A DNA stretch of 64,000 nt from Bradymonadia bacterium (GCA_046290225.1 JBKAGE010000036.1:300918-364917), one strand, 5' to 3'; positions 47,951-57,794 are shown, counted from the first letter of the stretch. Numbers and translations are program-made. Notes: generated by a model not told the origin, from the letters alone.

Positions 47951-49669
47951 TTGACGACCGACGAGCCCAGCCAGGAGCCCCCCCGCTCTCTGGCTCACAG
48001 CGCCCTCGACGTGCTCGATCTGGGGGTCTTCGTCCTCGACTCGGCGCAGCGGTTCACTGCGTGGAACGAGTGGATGAGCCGCCATGCCGACCGCGCAGAG
48101 CCCTCTGTGCTCGGGCAACAGTTTTTGTCGATCTTCCCTCAGATGGCCAGCCATCGACTGGGTCAGGCTGTGGAGCAGGCGCTCAAATACGGGATGTCTT
48201 CGAAGCTCTCCCAGGCGCTGCACATCGCCCCCTTGCCGCTCTACCCAGCCGACGCGCGGGGCTTCGGTGCTCGGCGCATCGATCAGATGATCCATGTGCG
48301 ACCTCTGGACACTGCCGAGGGGCGCCAGTGCATGGTGGAGGTGCACGACGTCACCGCCACAGCCCGCCGTGAGCGTCAGCTTCGACAGCAGGCGAAGCAC
48401 ATGGAGAGCCTCGCCCGCGAGGCAGAGCAGGCCCGTGACGATGCCAGGCTTCAAGCACGACAGCTCGAACAGACCAACGACGCCCTGAACCGCGCCCGGA
48501 ACGAAGCCATCAAGCTCAGTCAGGAGCACAATGACTTCCTGGCCATGATGAACCACGAGGTCCATGGGCCGCTCAACCAGGTCATGGCCGCCCTCAACGA
48601 TCTCGAAGCATCCGAACTCAAGCTACACCAGACGAAACGCCTCAACGGGGCCCGGCAGGCCACTGAAGATCTCAGTCGTCTCATCGGCGACGTGCTCGAA
48701 CTACATCAGCTCAAAGCGCAGAAACCTCAGGGTGTACGGGTGCCCTTCGAGCCTGAGCAGCTCAAGCAGCAACTGCTGACACAGTTTGCACCCATGGCAG
48801 GTGCCAAACATCTCAACCTGGACATCGAGATAGACCCTCATGTGCCTGGGGTGCTGCTCGGAGACTTGGATCGTCTCAGCCAAATCATGGAGCGGCTGAT
48901 CCACAACGCCATCCGCTTCACCACCACAGGCCGTGTGCAGGTGAGCTTCAAGAGCGTGGACGACATCGCTCCCGGGCAACTGCGTCTGCTTTGCTCAGTG
49001 GCCGACACCGGCCCTGGCATCCCCACGGATGCTCGACGAAAAATCTTCGATCCGTTCATTCAGTTGTCTTCTCGCGCCGGTGGAGCGGGCCTGGGGCTCG
49101 CTTTGGCGCGTCAACTCTCCACTGCCCTCAAAGGGCGCATCTGGGTCGAGAGCGAAGTCGACGAGGGGTCTTGCTTTCACGTGACCCTGCCCATGAAGCG
49201 CCCCCACACTCACGGGCTCAGCACGCACAACACGACCCGACACATCATGACGCCGCCGCCTCTGGAGCCTCTGGAGATCTTGTTGGCTCAGAGCGATTTG
49301 CTCGGACAGCAGGCACTGGAAGATCAGCTCACCCACCGCCAGCACAGCGTTGTGCTCGCTCCAGACATGCAGCGTGCCCTCGACAGCTTCGTCGACCACC
49401 GCTTCGACGTCATCCTGCTCGATGTGGCACTGCTGAACTCAGGAGAAGGCGCTCTGGGGATGATGCTCAAAAGAAGGGCGGGGCTCAGAGGATACGAGCC
49501 CCTCGTGGTGGTCTTCGACGTGCCGCAGAGCCGAATGACGGATGTGCGTGCGGATCGAGGCGTCGACCTGGTCATCGAACCCCCTTTATCCCTGCACAGA
49601 CTGGAGCGTGCGCTGCTTCAGTATCTGCCAAAGAAAGCCACCGCCGCAGGCCGGCGGCTGATGGGCTGA
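47951..49669 (+). CDS. Hybrid sensor histidine kinase (PAS, HisKA, HATPase_c, degenerate receiver)
   Basis: H-box FLAMMNHEVHGPLNQV and G-boxes DTGPGI, GGAGLGLALA. The track ORF has no ATG near its start and overlaps the divergent cheY-like gene. I chose TTG 47951, 7 nt after AGGAG. Confidence 0.8.
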   Translation: MTTDEPSQEPPRSLAHSALDVLDLGVFVLDSAQRFTAWNEWMSRHADRAEPSVLGQQFLSIFPQMASHRLGQAVEQALKYGMSSKLSQALHIAPLPLYPADARGFGARRIDQMIHVRPLDTAEGRQCMVEVHDVTATARRERQLRQQAKHMESLAREAEQARDDARLQARQLEQTNDALNRARNEAIKLSQEHNDFLAMMNHEVHGPLNQVMAALNDLEASELKLHQTKRLNGARQATEDLSRLIGDVLELHQLKAQKPQGVRVPFEPEQLKQQLLTQFAPMAGAKHLNLDIEIDPHVPGVLLGDLDRLSQIMERLIHNAIRFTTTGRVQVSFKSVDDIAPGQLRLLCSVADTGPGIPTDARRKIFDPFIQLSSRAGGAGLGLALARQLSTALKGRIWVESEVDEGSCFHVTLPMKRPHTHGLSTHNTTRHIMTPPPLEPLEILLAQSDLLGQQALEDQLTHRQHSVVLAPDMQRALDSFVDHRFDVILLDVALLNSGEGALGMMLKRRAGLRGYEPLVVVFDVPQSRMTDVRADRGVDLVIEPPLSLHRLERALLQYLPKKATAAGRRLMG

Positions 49670-49676
49670 GGCAAAC

Positions 49677-52103
49677 TCACTTCACGACGAAGTTGATCAT
49701 CCGACCCGGGACGAAGATCTCGCGCTTCAGGTCGCCACTGGCGAGGTGTTTGCCCACATTGGGCAGAGCCCGGGCTGCAGCGAGGGCGTCGTCCTTGGCG
49801 ACATCCTTGGCCAGCTCGAGCTGACCACGAACCTTGCCGTTGACCTGGATGGCGTAGCGCACAGTGTCATCGACGGTGAGCGCGGCGTCGAAGGCAGGCC
49901 ACGGCACGTAGCTGATGCTCTCGGCGTGACCCAGACGGGCCCAGAGTTCCTCGGCGATGTGCGGCGCGAACGGCGCCAGCAGCTGACAGAAAGGCGTCAG
50001 CACGCTGCGCGGGCGCACCTTCAACGGCGTCAGATGGTTCACCAGTTCCATCATGGCGGCGATGGCGGTGTTCAGCCGCAGGGCCTCGATGTCTTCGGTG
50101 ACCTTCTTGATGGTCTTGTGCAGCACCTTCAAGGTGGCCTTGTCCGGGGCGTCGTCTGTGACCACCAGAGCATCGGTCTCCTCGTCCACGTACAGACGCC
50201 ATGCCCGGTTGAGGAACTTCCGCACCCCCTCGACCCCCTTGGTGGCCCAGGGCTTGGTGGCCTCGAGGGGCCCCATGAACATCTCGTACAGGCGCAGGGC
50301 GTCGGCGCCGTGCTCGGCGATGACGTCGTCGGGGTTCACCACGTTGCCCCGGGACTTGGACATCTTCTGCCCGTCTTCGCCGAGGATCATGCCCTGGTGC
50401 ACCAGCTTCACGAAGGGCTCCAAGGTGCTCACAGCGCCCACGTCGTAGAGCACCTTGTGCCAGAAGCGCGCGTAGAGCAGGTGCAGCACCGCGTGCTCGG
50501 CGCCCCCGATGTAGAGATCGACGGGCATCCAGTGCTTCTCGAGCTCGGGATCGATGAGGGCGTCGTTGTTGTGGGGGTCGATGTACCGCAGGTAGTACCA
50601 GCACGATCCAGCCCACTGAGGCATGGTGTTGGTCTCTCGGCGACCCTTCCGGCCATCGGGCAGAGTGACGTTCACCCAGTCTTCGATGGTGGACAGCGGG
50701 CTCTCGCCGGTGCCCGAGGGCTGGTAAGACTCCACCTCGGGTAAACGCACGGGCAGGTCCGCGTCGTCCACCACCACGATCTCGCCATCCTCAGCGTGAA
50801 TCACCGGGAAGGGCTCACCCCAGTAGCGCTGGCGGCTGAACAGCCAGTCCCGCAGCTTGAAGTTGATGGTGCCCTTGCCCACCTTCTCACCCTCGAGCCA
50901 CTCGATGATCTTCGCCTTGGCGTCGGTCACGGCGAGCTCGTCGAGCATGCCGCTGTTGATGAGGGTGCCGTCACCGCTGTAGGCCGACTCGCTGATGTCG
51001 CCCCCACTGATGACCTGCACGATGGGCAGATCGAAGGCCTTGGCGAACTCGTAGTCGCGCTGATCGTGGGCGGGCACCGACATGATGGCCCCGGTGCCGT
51101 AGGTGGCCAGCACGTAGTCGCTGATCCACACGGGGATCTCGTTGCCGTTCACGGGGTTGATGGCGTACGCCCCCGTGAAGACCCCGGTCTTCTCCTTCAC
51201 CTCGGTCATGCGCTCCCGATCGCTCTTGCGGGCGGCAGCGGCGACATAACCTTCTACAGCCTCACGCTGGCTGTCGGTGGTGATGCGCTTCACCAGATCG
51301 TGCTCGGGGGCCAGCACCATGTAGGTGGCCCCAAAGAGCGTGTCTGGACGGGTGGTGAAGACCGTGATCACACCTGCTTCGTCGCCTTCAGTGGCAGCGA
51401 GCTTAAAGTCCACCTCGGCGCCGAAGGAGCGGCCGATCCACTCCTTCTGCATGGTCTTGGTGCTCTTGGGCCAGTCCACCTGCTCGAGATCGTCCATCAG
51501 GCGGTCGGCGTAGGCGGTGATCTTGAGCATCCACTGCTTCATGGGCTTGCGGATGACCGGGTGGCCACCACGCTCGCTCTTGCCGTCGATGACCTCTTCG
51601 TTGGCGAGCACGGTGCCCAGAGCAGGGCACCAGTTCACGGGCACCTCGGCGATGTAGGCCAGGCCCTTCTTGTAGAGCTGGGTGAAGATCCACTGGGTCC
51701 AACGGTAGTAGTTGGGATCAGTGGTGTTCACCATCCGGCTCCAGTCATAGCTGAAGCCCAGGGCCTTGAGCTGCTCGGTGAACCGCGCCACGTTCCGCTC
51801 AGTGGTGATGGCGGGGTGGGTGCCGGTCTGGATCGCGTACTGCTCTGCGGGCAGGCCAAAGGCGTCGTACCCCATGGGGTGCAGCACGTTGAAGCCCTGG
51901 GCCCGCTTGTACCGGCTCACGATGTCGGTGGCGGTGTACCCTTCGGGGTGGCCCACGTGAAGGCCGGCGCCGGAGGGGTACGGGAACATGTCAAGACAGT
52001 AGAACTTGGGCTTGGTGGTGTCGTTCGTGGTCTTGAAGGTCTCTTCGGCCGCCCAATACTTCTGCCACTTGGGCTCGATCTGGGCTGGGGTGTACCGGGA
52101 CAT
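49677..52103 (-). CDS. leuS: Leucine--tRNA ligase
   Basis: [29 protein letters not shown] (HIGH) and KMSKSRGN (KMSKS). Trimmed to ATG 52103. Confidence 0.97.
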   Translation of the reverse strand: MSRYTPAQIEPKWQKYWAAEETFKTTNDTTKPKFYCLDMFPYPSGAGLHVGHPEGYTATDIVSRYKRAQGFNVLHPMGYDAFGLPAEQYAIQTGTHPAITTERNVARFTEQLKALGFSYDWSRMVNTTDPNYYRWTQWIFTQLYKKGLAYIAEVPVNWCPALGTVLANEEVIDGKSERGGHPVIRKPMKQWMLKITAYADRLMDDLEQVDWPKSTKTMQKEWIGRSFGAEVDFKLAATEGDEAGVITVFTTRPDTLFGATYMVLAPEHDLVKRITTDSQREAVEGYVAAAARKSDRERMTEVKEKTGVFTGAYAINPVNGNEIPVWISDYVLATYGTGAIMSVPAHDQRDYEFAKAFDLPIVQVISGGDISESAYSGDGTLINSGMLDELAVTDAKAKIIEWLEGEKVGKGTINFKLRDWLFSRQRYWGEPFPVIHAEDGEIVVVDDADLPVRLPEVESYQPSGTGESPLSTIEDWVNVTLPDGRKGRRETNTMPQWAGSCWYYLRYIDPHNNDALIDPELEKHWMPVDLYIGGAEHAVLHLLYARFWHKVLYDVGAVSTLEPFVKLVHQGMILGEDGQKMSKSRGNVVNPDDVIAEHGADALRLYEMFMGPLEATKPWATKGVEGVRKFLNRAWRLYVDEETDALVVTDDAPDKATLKVLHKTIKKVTEDIEALRLNTAIAAMMELVNHLTPLKVRPRSVLTPFCQLLAPFAPHIAEELWARLGHAESISYVPWPAFDAALTVDDTVRYAIQVNGKVRGQLELAKDVAKDDALAAARALPNVGKHLASGDLKREIFVPGRMINFVVK

Positions 52104-52151
52104 GTCGCTGTCGCTCCGTCGCTTCACATGTGAGCGGCGGAGGATACACGA

Positions 52152-55100
52152 TCACGAGGACTCGGGCACGAAGCCTCGCCTCTGGGTGTTTTCGGTGATG
52201 GTCCGGGGGTTCAGACACTGCAGCAAATAGTCAGGCCCCCCGGCCTTCGTGCCGCCGCCGCTCATGGCAAAACCACCAAACGGCTGCCGACCCACGATGG
52301 CGCCGGTGATGCTGCGGTTGATGTAGAGATTGCCCACCCGATACTCCGTCCGGGCCCGGGCGATGTGCGCTGGCGATCGGCTGAACACCCCGCCGGTGAG
52401 GGCATAGGCGGTGCCGTGGGCGATCTCCAGAGCATGATCGAAATCTCGAGCCTTGATCACCGCGAGCACTGGGCCAAAGAGCTCGTCCTGCGCGATGGGA
52501 TCATCTGGGGCCACGCCGGTAAAGATCGTGGGCTCAATGAAGAACCCGGCGCCCTCCCTCACCCCGCCCACACGTCGTTCGGCATATCCATCGGCGGCCT
52601 CGATGGCTGCCTGCAGCCGATCCCGAGACTCCGTGTCGATGACTGGCCCCACATGACACGCGGGATCAGTGGGCGGCCCCACGTGCAGACTCTTCGTGGC
52701 CTCCACCAGCCGCTCCACGAAGGCGTCGTGGTGCTCTTCGAGTACGATGACCCGAGAGCACGCGCTGCACTTCTGACCTGCAAAGCCAAAGGCGCTGGAC
52801 ACCACACCCAACACCGCCTCATCGAGATCGGCGTCGCCGTCGACGATGATGGCGTTCTTGCCCCCCATCTCACAGACAACGCGCTTAAGGTGCATCTGGT
52901 CGGGTCCGGTGATCCCGCACTGGCGCCAGATCTCCAACCCAACGGCTCTGCTGCCGGTGAAGAGCACCGTGGCCACTCGCGGATCGGCCACCAGAGCCGC
53001 CCCCACTTCTTCGCCATAACCCTGGATGCACTGAAACACCCCAGGGTGAGCGCCGTGCTTGCGCATCACTGAATGCACCAGCGCCGTAAATCGGGCGCCG
53101 ATGACCGCTGATTGCTCTGCAGGCTTCACGATGGTGGGGTTCCCCGTGACCAGGGCCGCAGCGGTCATGCCCGTGAGGATCGCCAAGGGAAAATTCCAGG
53201 GAGCGATGACCACAGCGGGGCCTCGACCGATGTAGCCGAGGTGGTTGGTCTCTCCGGGCAGGTCCTGCATAAGCCTGGGCACGTCGAGGCGCATCATCTC
53301 CCGGCCGTAGTACTCGAGAAAATCGATGGCCTCGCACACGTCAGCATCTGCCGAGGCCCGGGCCTTGCCCACCTCTCGTAGGATGAGCGCGATCCAGGCG
53401 TCACGCTCAGCCCGCATGTCGGCGGCGATGTCGAAGAGCACCTGTGCCCGCTCTGCGGCGGGGGTGTCCCGCCATCCAGGGAACGCCTCCGCTGCATGAT
53501 CGAGGGCTTTCTGCGCGAGGGCCACGTCGGCCACAGCCACTGTGCCCACAATTGTCTGACCGTCAGCAGGATCGATGCTTGTGAGTTGCCGGCCCGTCTC
53601 GAGCACGAAGCTGCCACCCACGAGCGAGCCGGCATGGGCTGCGCCAGTCTTCAACGGCGTCCACTGCTGGAGCGCCCGCTCGATGGCCGCCCGTTGAGGG
53701 GCCTCGGTGAGCTCTCGAAGCGGCTCGTTGACGAACTCACCAGGGTCGGTGGCCAGAGTGCGAGGCCCCGGCACCCCTCGAAGCATCGGATCTGCGTCCA
53801 CCGGCTCTGGTTTGGCCAACAGCGTCGCAGTGTCGACGGCCTCGACAAAACCCATGCGTAGCCAGCTCTGGTTGCTGGTGTTCTCGAGCAGACGCCGCAC
53901 GAGGTAGGCCATACCAGGAATCAAATCACCCACGGGGGCATAGACCCGCACTCGATAGCCGAGGTTGACGCAGGCGGCCTTTATGGGCTCAGCCATGCCA
54001 TAGAGGCACTGCACCTCGAAGGCCTCTTTTGGGAGCTTCTCTCGCTCGGCGATGGCCATGGCGTGGGCGAGGCTGCGCACGTTGTGGCTGCCGATGGCGG
54101 TCTTGAGGTGTTTGTGGTTCTTGAGCAGTAACTCGGCGCAACGCTCAAAGCACGCGTCGGTGTCGCCCTTGTGCAACCACACCGGCGAGGCCCAGCCTTC
54201 TTGATGGGCCTTCACGGTCTCGTAGTCCCAGTAGGCCCCCTTCACCAGTCGAATGGTGATCCGCTTGCCGCTGCGCTTGGCCCACTGCACGAGGTCACGG
54301 GTGTCGGCCTCGGCAGAGCGCAGATAGGCCTGCACCACCACCCCGGCATCGGACCACCCCTCAAGGCTGGGATCGGACATCACCTGTTTGAAGATGGCGT
54401 ACGTGAGATCTTTGTAGGCGAACTGCTCCATGTCGACGTTGAGGAACACCCCCCGCCGTCTCGCCGCCTGAAACAGCGGCAGCAGCCGAGCGCTGGCCCG
54501 CTCGACGCTGTGGTCGAAGGCCTCGGCGCTCAGCTGGGAGTACATGGCGCTCACCTTCACCGAGACGTTCACTCTGGGGATGAGCCCCTTGTCGTCTCGC
54601 TCGAGCGTCTCGTCCTGGGTCCAATCCGCGCAGGCGTCGGCGAGGCCTTCAATCAGGGCGAGATACTTTGCGGCATACGCCTCGGCTTCTGCCTCACTGA
54701 CGGTGGCCTCGCCCAGCAAATCGACGGTGAAGCCCTGCCTGGCATCACGGAGCTGTTTCAGCGTGGACAGCGCGCTCTCGGCGTCGGTCCCCACGATGAA
54801 CCGCTTTGCCATACCTTCGAGATTCTTGGCGATCTGGCCTGCTGCGACCTTGGTGGCCATCTTGCCCAGCCCGGCGCCCTTGAGGGCCATCTTGATGACT
54901 GCAGGGGGCTTCACCCCGGGCCGCAGCAGGTATTCCTGAATGTGCCGCGCGATCTCTTCGGGGCTCTGCAGCACGGGGAAGACGTCGACAAACCGGAACA
55001 TCTCGGTTTTGAAGCCTTCGTCCTTCATGGCCCACTCAAGGACCTGGCCGCTCCACCACGCTTTGTTGAACAGGCCTGGGGTCTCCCCCTTCATCTCGGC

Positions 55101-55172
55101 GAAGAGCTGCTCGCCGATGGCCTGGATCCGCGACTCCAGGTTGGCTTTTGAACGAAAAAGCACCGCAGCCAC
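52152..55172 (-). CDS. putA: Bifunctional proline dehydrogenase / L-glutamate-gamma-semialdehyde dehydrogenase
   Basis: 1006 aa with an N-terminal PRODH barrel and a C-terminal ALDH carrying EMGGKN and FGFAGQKCSACSR. Confidence 0.92.
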   Translation of the reverse strand: MAAVLFRSKANLESRIQAIGEQLFAEMKGETPGLFNKAWWSGQVLEWAMKDEGFKTEMFRFVDVFPVLQSPEEIARHIQEYLLRPGVKPPAVIKMALKGAGLGKMATKVAAGQIAKNLEGMAKRFIVGTDAESALSTLKQLRDARQGFTVDLLGEATVSEAEAEAYAAKYLALIEGLADACADWTQDETLERDDKGLIPRVNVSVKVSAMYSQLSAEAFDHSVERASARLLPLFQAARRRGVFLNVDMEQFAYKDLTYAIFKQVMSDPSLEGWSDAGVVVQAYLRSAEADTRDLVQWAKRSGKRITIRLVKGAYWDYETVKAHQEGWASPVWLHKGDTDACFERCAELLLKNHKHLKTAIGSHNVRSLAHAMAIAEREKLPKEAFEVQCLYGMAEPIKAACVNLGYRVRVYAPVGDLIPGMAYLVRRLLENTSNQSWLRMGFVEAVDTATLLAKPEPVDADPMLRGVPGPRTLATDPGEFVNEPLRELTEAPQRAAIERALQQWTPLKTGAAHAGSLVGGSFVLETGRQLTSIDPADGQTIVGTVAVADVALAQKALDHAAEAFPGWRDTPAAERAQVLFDIAADMRAERDAWIALILREVGKARASADADVCEAIDFLEYYGREMMRLDVPRLMQDLPGETNHLGYIGRGPAVVIAPWNFPLAILTGMTAAALVTGNPTIVKPAEQSAVIGARFTALVHSVMRKHGAHPGVFQCIQGYGEEVGAALVADPRVATVLFTGSRAVGLEIWRQCGITGPDQMHLKRVVCEMGGKNAIIVDGDADLDEAVLGVVSSAFGFAGQKCSACSRVIVLEEHHDAFVERLVEATKSLHVGPPTDPACHVGPVIDTESRDRLQAAIEAADGYAERRVGGVREGAGFFIEPTIFTGVAPDDPIAQDELFGPVLAVIKARDFDHALEIAHGTAYALTGGVFSRSPAHIARARTEYRVGNLYINRSITGAIVGRQPFGGFAMSGGGTKAGGPDYLLQCLNPRTITENTQRRGFVPESS

Positions 55173-55480
55173 CTCCAGTGAGCGCCTCGACGGCCACCAA
55201 CCGCGAGCGCTCGGTTAGATGTGTCTCTTTCCCACTGGAGATGATAGCGCACTCCGAACAAAATCGAGTGATGGTGGATGGATATGGTGGTTGATGAAGC
55301 GGGCCTTGGACATGCTGACTTGCTCTGAGCCGCCCTCCCACCACCCTAAACATCTAGAACTTAAAAACATCACCATATAGAACGCCATAACACCGAAATA
55401 AAACGCACTGTTTTGCTGGCAGGGTGTGATCTATCTCTCGAGCGCTCTGGATGGTTTCAAAATGCCTGTGATTTCAGGGG

Positions 55481-55811
55481 TCGCTCCGCTGGCAAGAGAG
55501 TTTCGGGCACGGGCAAGGGCACGGGCACGGGCACGAGTTGATTCGGGTGTGGACCCGTGGTCCTGCATGATTCAGGACGAAGGTTGTCATTGAAGCTGAG
55601 ACGGTACGCTTCGAAATGGCCTGAGAGTTCAGATCTTGGGGTGTATGGACCTCAAAACCTCCACTGAGGAGAGCGTGGGGCCGAGCAAAGCCTCCAACAT
55701 CACAGACCCACGAGCGGAGTCATGCTGGGCCACGGGTCCACACCCGAATCAACTCGTGCCCGTGCCCGTGCCCTTGCCCGTGCCCGAAAACTGATCTGCG
55801 AGCGAAGCGAG
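55481..55811. repeat. Non-coding element copy A. It has about 90-bp terminal inverted repeats containing (GGGCAC)5 and a core of about 150 bp (MITE-like or long hairpin).
   Basis: The left arm 55481-55570 and right arm 55720-55811 are near-perfect reverse complements (…TTTCGGGCACGGGCAAGGGCACGGGCACGGGCACGAGTTGATTCGGGTGTGGACCCGTGG…). The hexamer tracts lie at 55505-55534 (+) and 55756-55785 (-). Confidence 0.85.
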
Positions 55812-55887
55812 GATCTCTTCCCCTCCCATGTGACACCCTGACCACAACCGGACTCTCCCCCAACACAAGCACAACACCGAGCCCTCC

Positions 55888-56526
55888 ATGCCCCAGGCCC
55901 CCGAGCACGCCGACATCGCCTTCGCCCACGCCCTCGCCAATGGCGAGCGCGAGGCCGTGGTGCGTTTCGAGGCGCAGTATCGACGGGTTATCCGGCATGC
56001 CCTCGGCGTGGCCATTCGGCGGTGGAAGCCCGAATCACCGGTGGAGCCCGAAGACTTCGTCCAGGACTTCATCGGCTTTTTGTTCACCGACAGAGGCCGT
56101 CGCCTGCGGAGCTTCGAGGGCCGTTCTTCCTTTGGTGGGTGGCTCTACACCGTAGCGTTGAGGCACTTCCAACGCGCCCTGTCCAAGCTCGCGAAGGACA
56201 GGCGCTCGGAGGTCGTCCTCACCCGGCTGCCCGAGCGCGAGGAGCGGCGACCTGACCACCTCGCAGCGGTGGCTGCCGACGCAGAGCGCTTGCGGGCGGT
56301 GGTGGGGCAGTTGCCAGAGCGTGATCGGCTTTATGTGCGCCTGTTCTATGTCGAAGGCCTCAACGCCAGCGAAGTGGCGCGCACCCTCGGCAAGCGACCC
56401 TCAGCAGTGCGCATGCACAAGATGAGACTCCTGGAACGCCTGCGGGTGATGCTCGACGAGCCCCCGGAGGAGACCACCTCGACGAGACCCGAGGCCACAC
56501 GCCGTCGGGTCGGGGAGGATCCATGA
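55888..56526 (+). CDS. ECF-type RNA polymerase sigma factor
   Basis: 212 aa with region 2 (EDFVQDFIGFLF...GWLYTVALRH) and region 4 (LPERDRLYVRLFYVEGLNASEVARTLGKRPSAVRMHKMRLLERLR). Confidence 0.9.
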   Translation: MPQAPEHADIAFAHALANGEREAVVRFEAQYRRVIRHALGVAIRRWKPESPVEPEDFVQDFIGFLFTDRGRRLRSFEGRSSFGGWLYTVALRHFQRALSKLAKDRRSEVVLTRLPEREERRPDHLAAVAADAERLRAVVGQLPERDRLYVRLFYVEGLNASEVARTLGKRPSAVRMHKMRLLERLRVMLDEPPEETTSTRPEATRRRVGEDP

Positions 56527-57626
56527 CCCACGAGCGACTGGAAGCTCGACTCAGAGTGCTCGACATGCAGTGGGACTCTGTGGGCGAGCACCTCGACGAG
56601 GCCGCGCTGCTCGAGATCGTCGGCGGGCGGGCGCCCGAGCCCCATGAAGCGGCCCACCTGGCCAGCTGCGACGAATGCACAGAGCTGCTCATCGTGCTCG
56701 GTGTTGGCCTCGAAGCCCTCGCTGCGGACATCCCCGAGGCCGCGGCCATGGTGCCGTTGGGCAACGCAGAGACACCCGTTGAGCCCCTGACAGAGGCACC
56801 CCTCGAGCATGCTGCTGGCCAGACGCCAGAATCACCTCCTGTATCTGGGGGCAAGCTCCTCTATCTCCCTCGGCCTGTGAAGTGGCTGATGATGGTGGCC
56901 ATCGTCGCTGGGGTGGCCTTTGCAGGACACTCCACGTTGTCACCCTCTGCAACGGTACAAAATCTCGCGACGGCGACCCGAGACCTGCCCACCCTCGAAG
57001 CGGCCCCAGCGCCATCAACCCAGATCGCCCCAGTACAACTCGCCCCAGTACAACTCGCCCCAGTACAACTCGCCACAGCACCCGCTCGACCTCTTCGTCC
57101 TGTGGAGGAGGTCGCCTCTCTGCCACATCCTCCGGTGCCTCGAGTCAAACGCTCCCTGGCCCTTCCCCCGCTTTCTCAACGCTCAGGTGTCGAAGATCTC
57201 ACCCCAGCACCGCCTTCAGGCTGGTCTCCGCCTCCTGCGGTTGAGACGCCCAAAGTGATTGCCGAGGTACAGGCGCCTCGGCGTCGGATACGCAGAGCTC
57301 GCCGAGTCGCTCCAGATGTCGTCGAGGACACACCATTTCGGCGTCCGGGGCCCTCTGCACCCATCTCGGGCCGTCCCAGAGCCTTTGGCCAGCTGCAGTT
57401 GATCAGCAAGCCCCCCTCACGGGTCTACATCGACGGGCGAGATCGGGGCTGGACCCCCATCGTGAATCTGCGGCTGCCCGAAGGCCCCCACGACATCCGG
57501 CTGGTGTACTCGCACCCTCGGGCACGACAGGCCGAGGAGACATTCCGGGTGGTGATTCCGCCAGATAAAACCTGGCGGATCTCGCGGGACAACCTCGGCC
57601 CTGCTCGTGGCGGTGTGGGGCCCTGA
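56523..57626 (+). CDS. Putative anti-sigma factor (zf-HC2-like N-terminus, TM helix, Pro-rich linker, C-terminal PEGA-like domain)
   Basis: Overlaps the sigma gene stop. HLASCDEC fits Hx3Cx2C. The TM helix is LMMVAIVAGVAFAG. The C-terminal QLQLISKPPSRVYIDGRDRGWTPIVNLRLPEGPHDIRLV is PEGA-like. Confidence 0.65.
   Translation: MTHERLEARLRVLDMQWDSVGEHLDEAALLEIVGGRAPEPHEAAHLASCDECTELLIVLGVGLEALAADIPEAAAMVPLGNAETPVEPLTEAPLEHAAGQTPESPPVSGGKLLYLPRPVKWLMMVAIVAGVAFAGHSTLSPSATVQNLATATRDLPTLEAAPAPSTQIAPVQLAPVQLAPVQLATAPARPLRPVEEVASLPHPPVPRVKRSLALPPLSQRSGVEDLTPAPPSGWSPPPAVETPKVIAEVQAPRRRIRRARRVAPDVVEDTPFRRPGPSAPISGRPRAFGQLQLISKPPSRVYIDGRDRGWTPIVNLRLPEGPHDIRLVYSHPRARQAEETFRVVIPPDKTWRISRDNLGPARGGVGP
57024..57080 (+). 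repeat. About 3.8 x 15-bp in-frame tandem repeat (APVQL)
   Basis: atcgccccagtacaa / ctcgccccagtacaa / ctcgccccagtacaa / ctcgccacagca. Confidence 0.9.
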
Positions 57627-57747
57627 CGCCCCGGGCGGAAGGGGCACTGGTCAGGACGCTTGTCACCAGCCACATCCCTGGGGCGGGCCCCGTCGCCTTG
57701 ATGCACCCGCAGGCCTTTGGCATTGTTTGTGAAGTTCGAGAGGCTCT

Positions 57748-57761
57748 CGGTACATGTACCG
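57748..57761. promoter_or_regulatory. Perfect 14-bp palindrome CGGTACATGTACCG upstream of the MYXO-CTERM protein gene
   Basis: Seen directly, 34 nt upstream of the GTG start at 57795. Its function as an operator is inferred only. Confidence 0.3.
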
Positions 57762-57794
57762 ATCCGAGCCGCTTCCCCTTCCAAGGAGTTCACA

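Noticed and set aside
49746-55151. Long + ORFs opposite leuS and putA (49746..50744, 50796..52133, 52365..53072, 54171..55151)
   Set aside because: They are antisense shadows of two unambiguous housekeeping genes.
55488-55505. Sigma-54 promoter-like TGGCAAGAGAGTTTCG in the left arm of element A
   Set aside because: The GG-N10-GC spacing rule fails (TC instead of GC at -12), and the motif is absent from the other arms.
55481-55811. Autonomous IS element or transposon
   Set aside because: No transposase-sized ORF lies inside either copy, and no integrase or transposase is recognisable anywhere in the window. At most it is a non-autonomous (MITE-like) or structural repeat.
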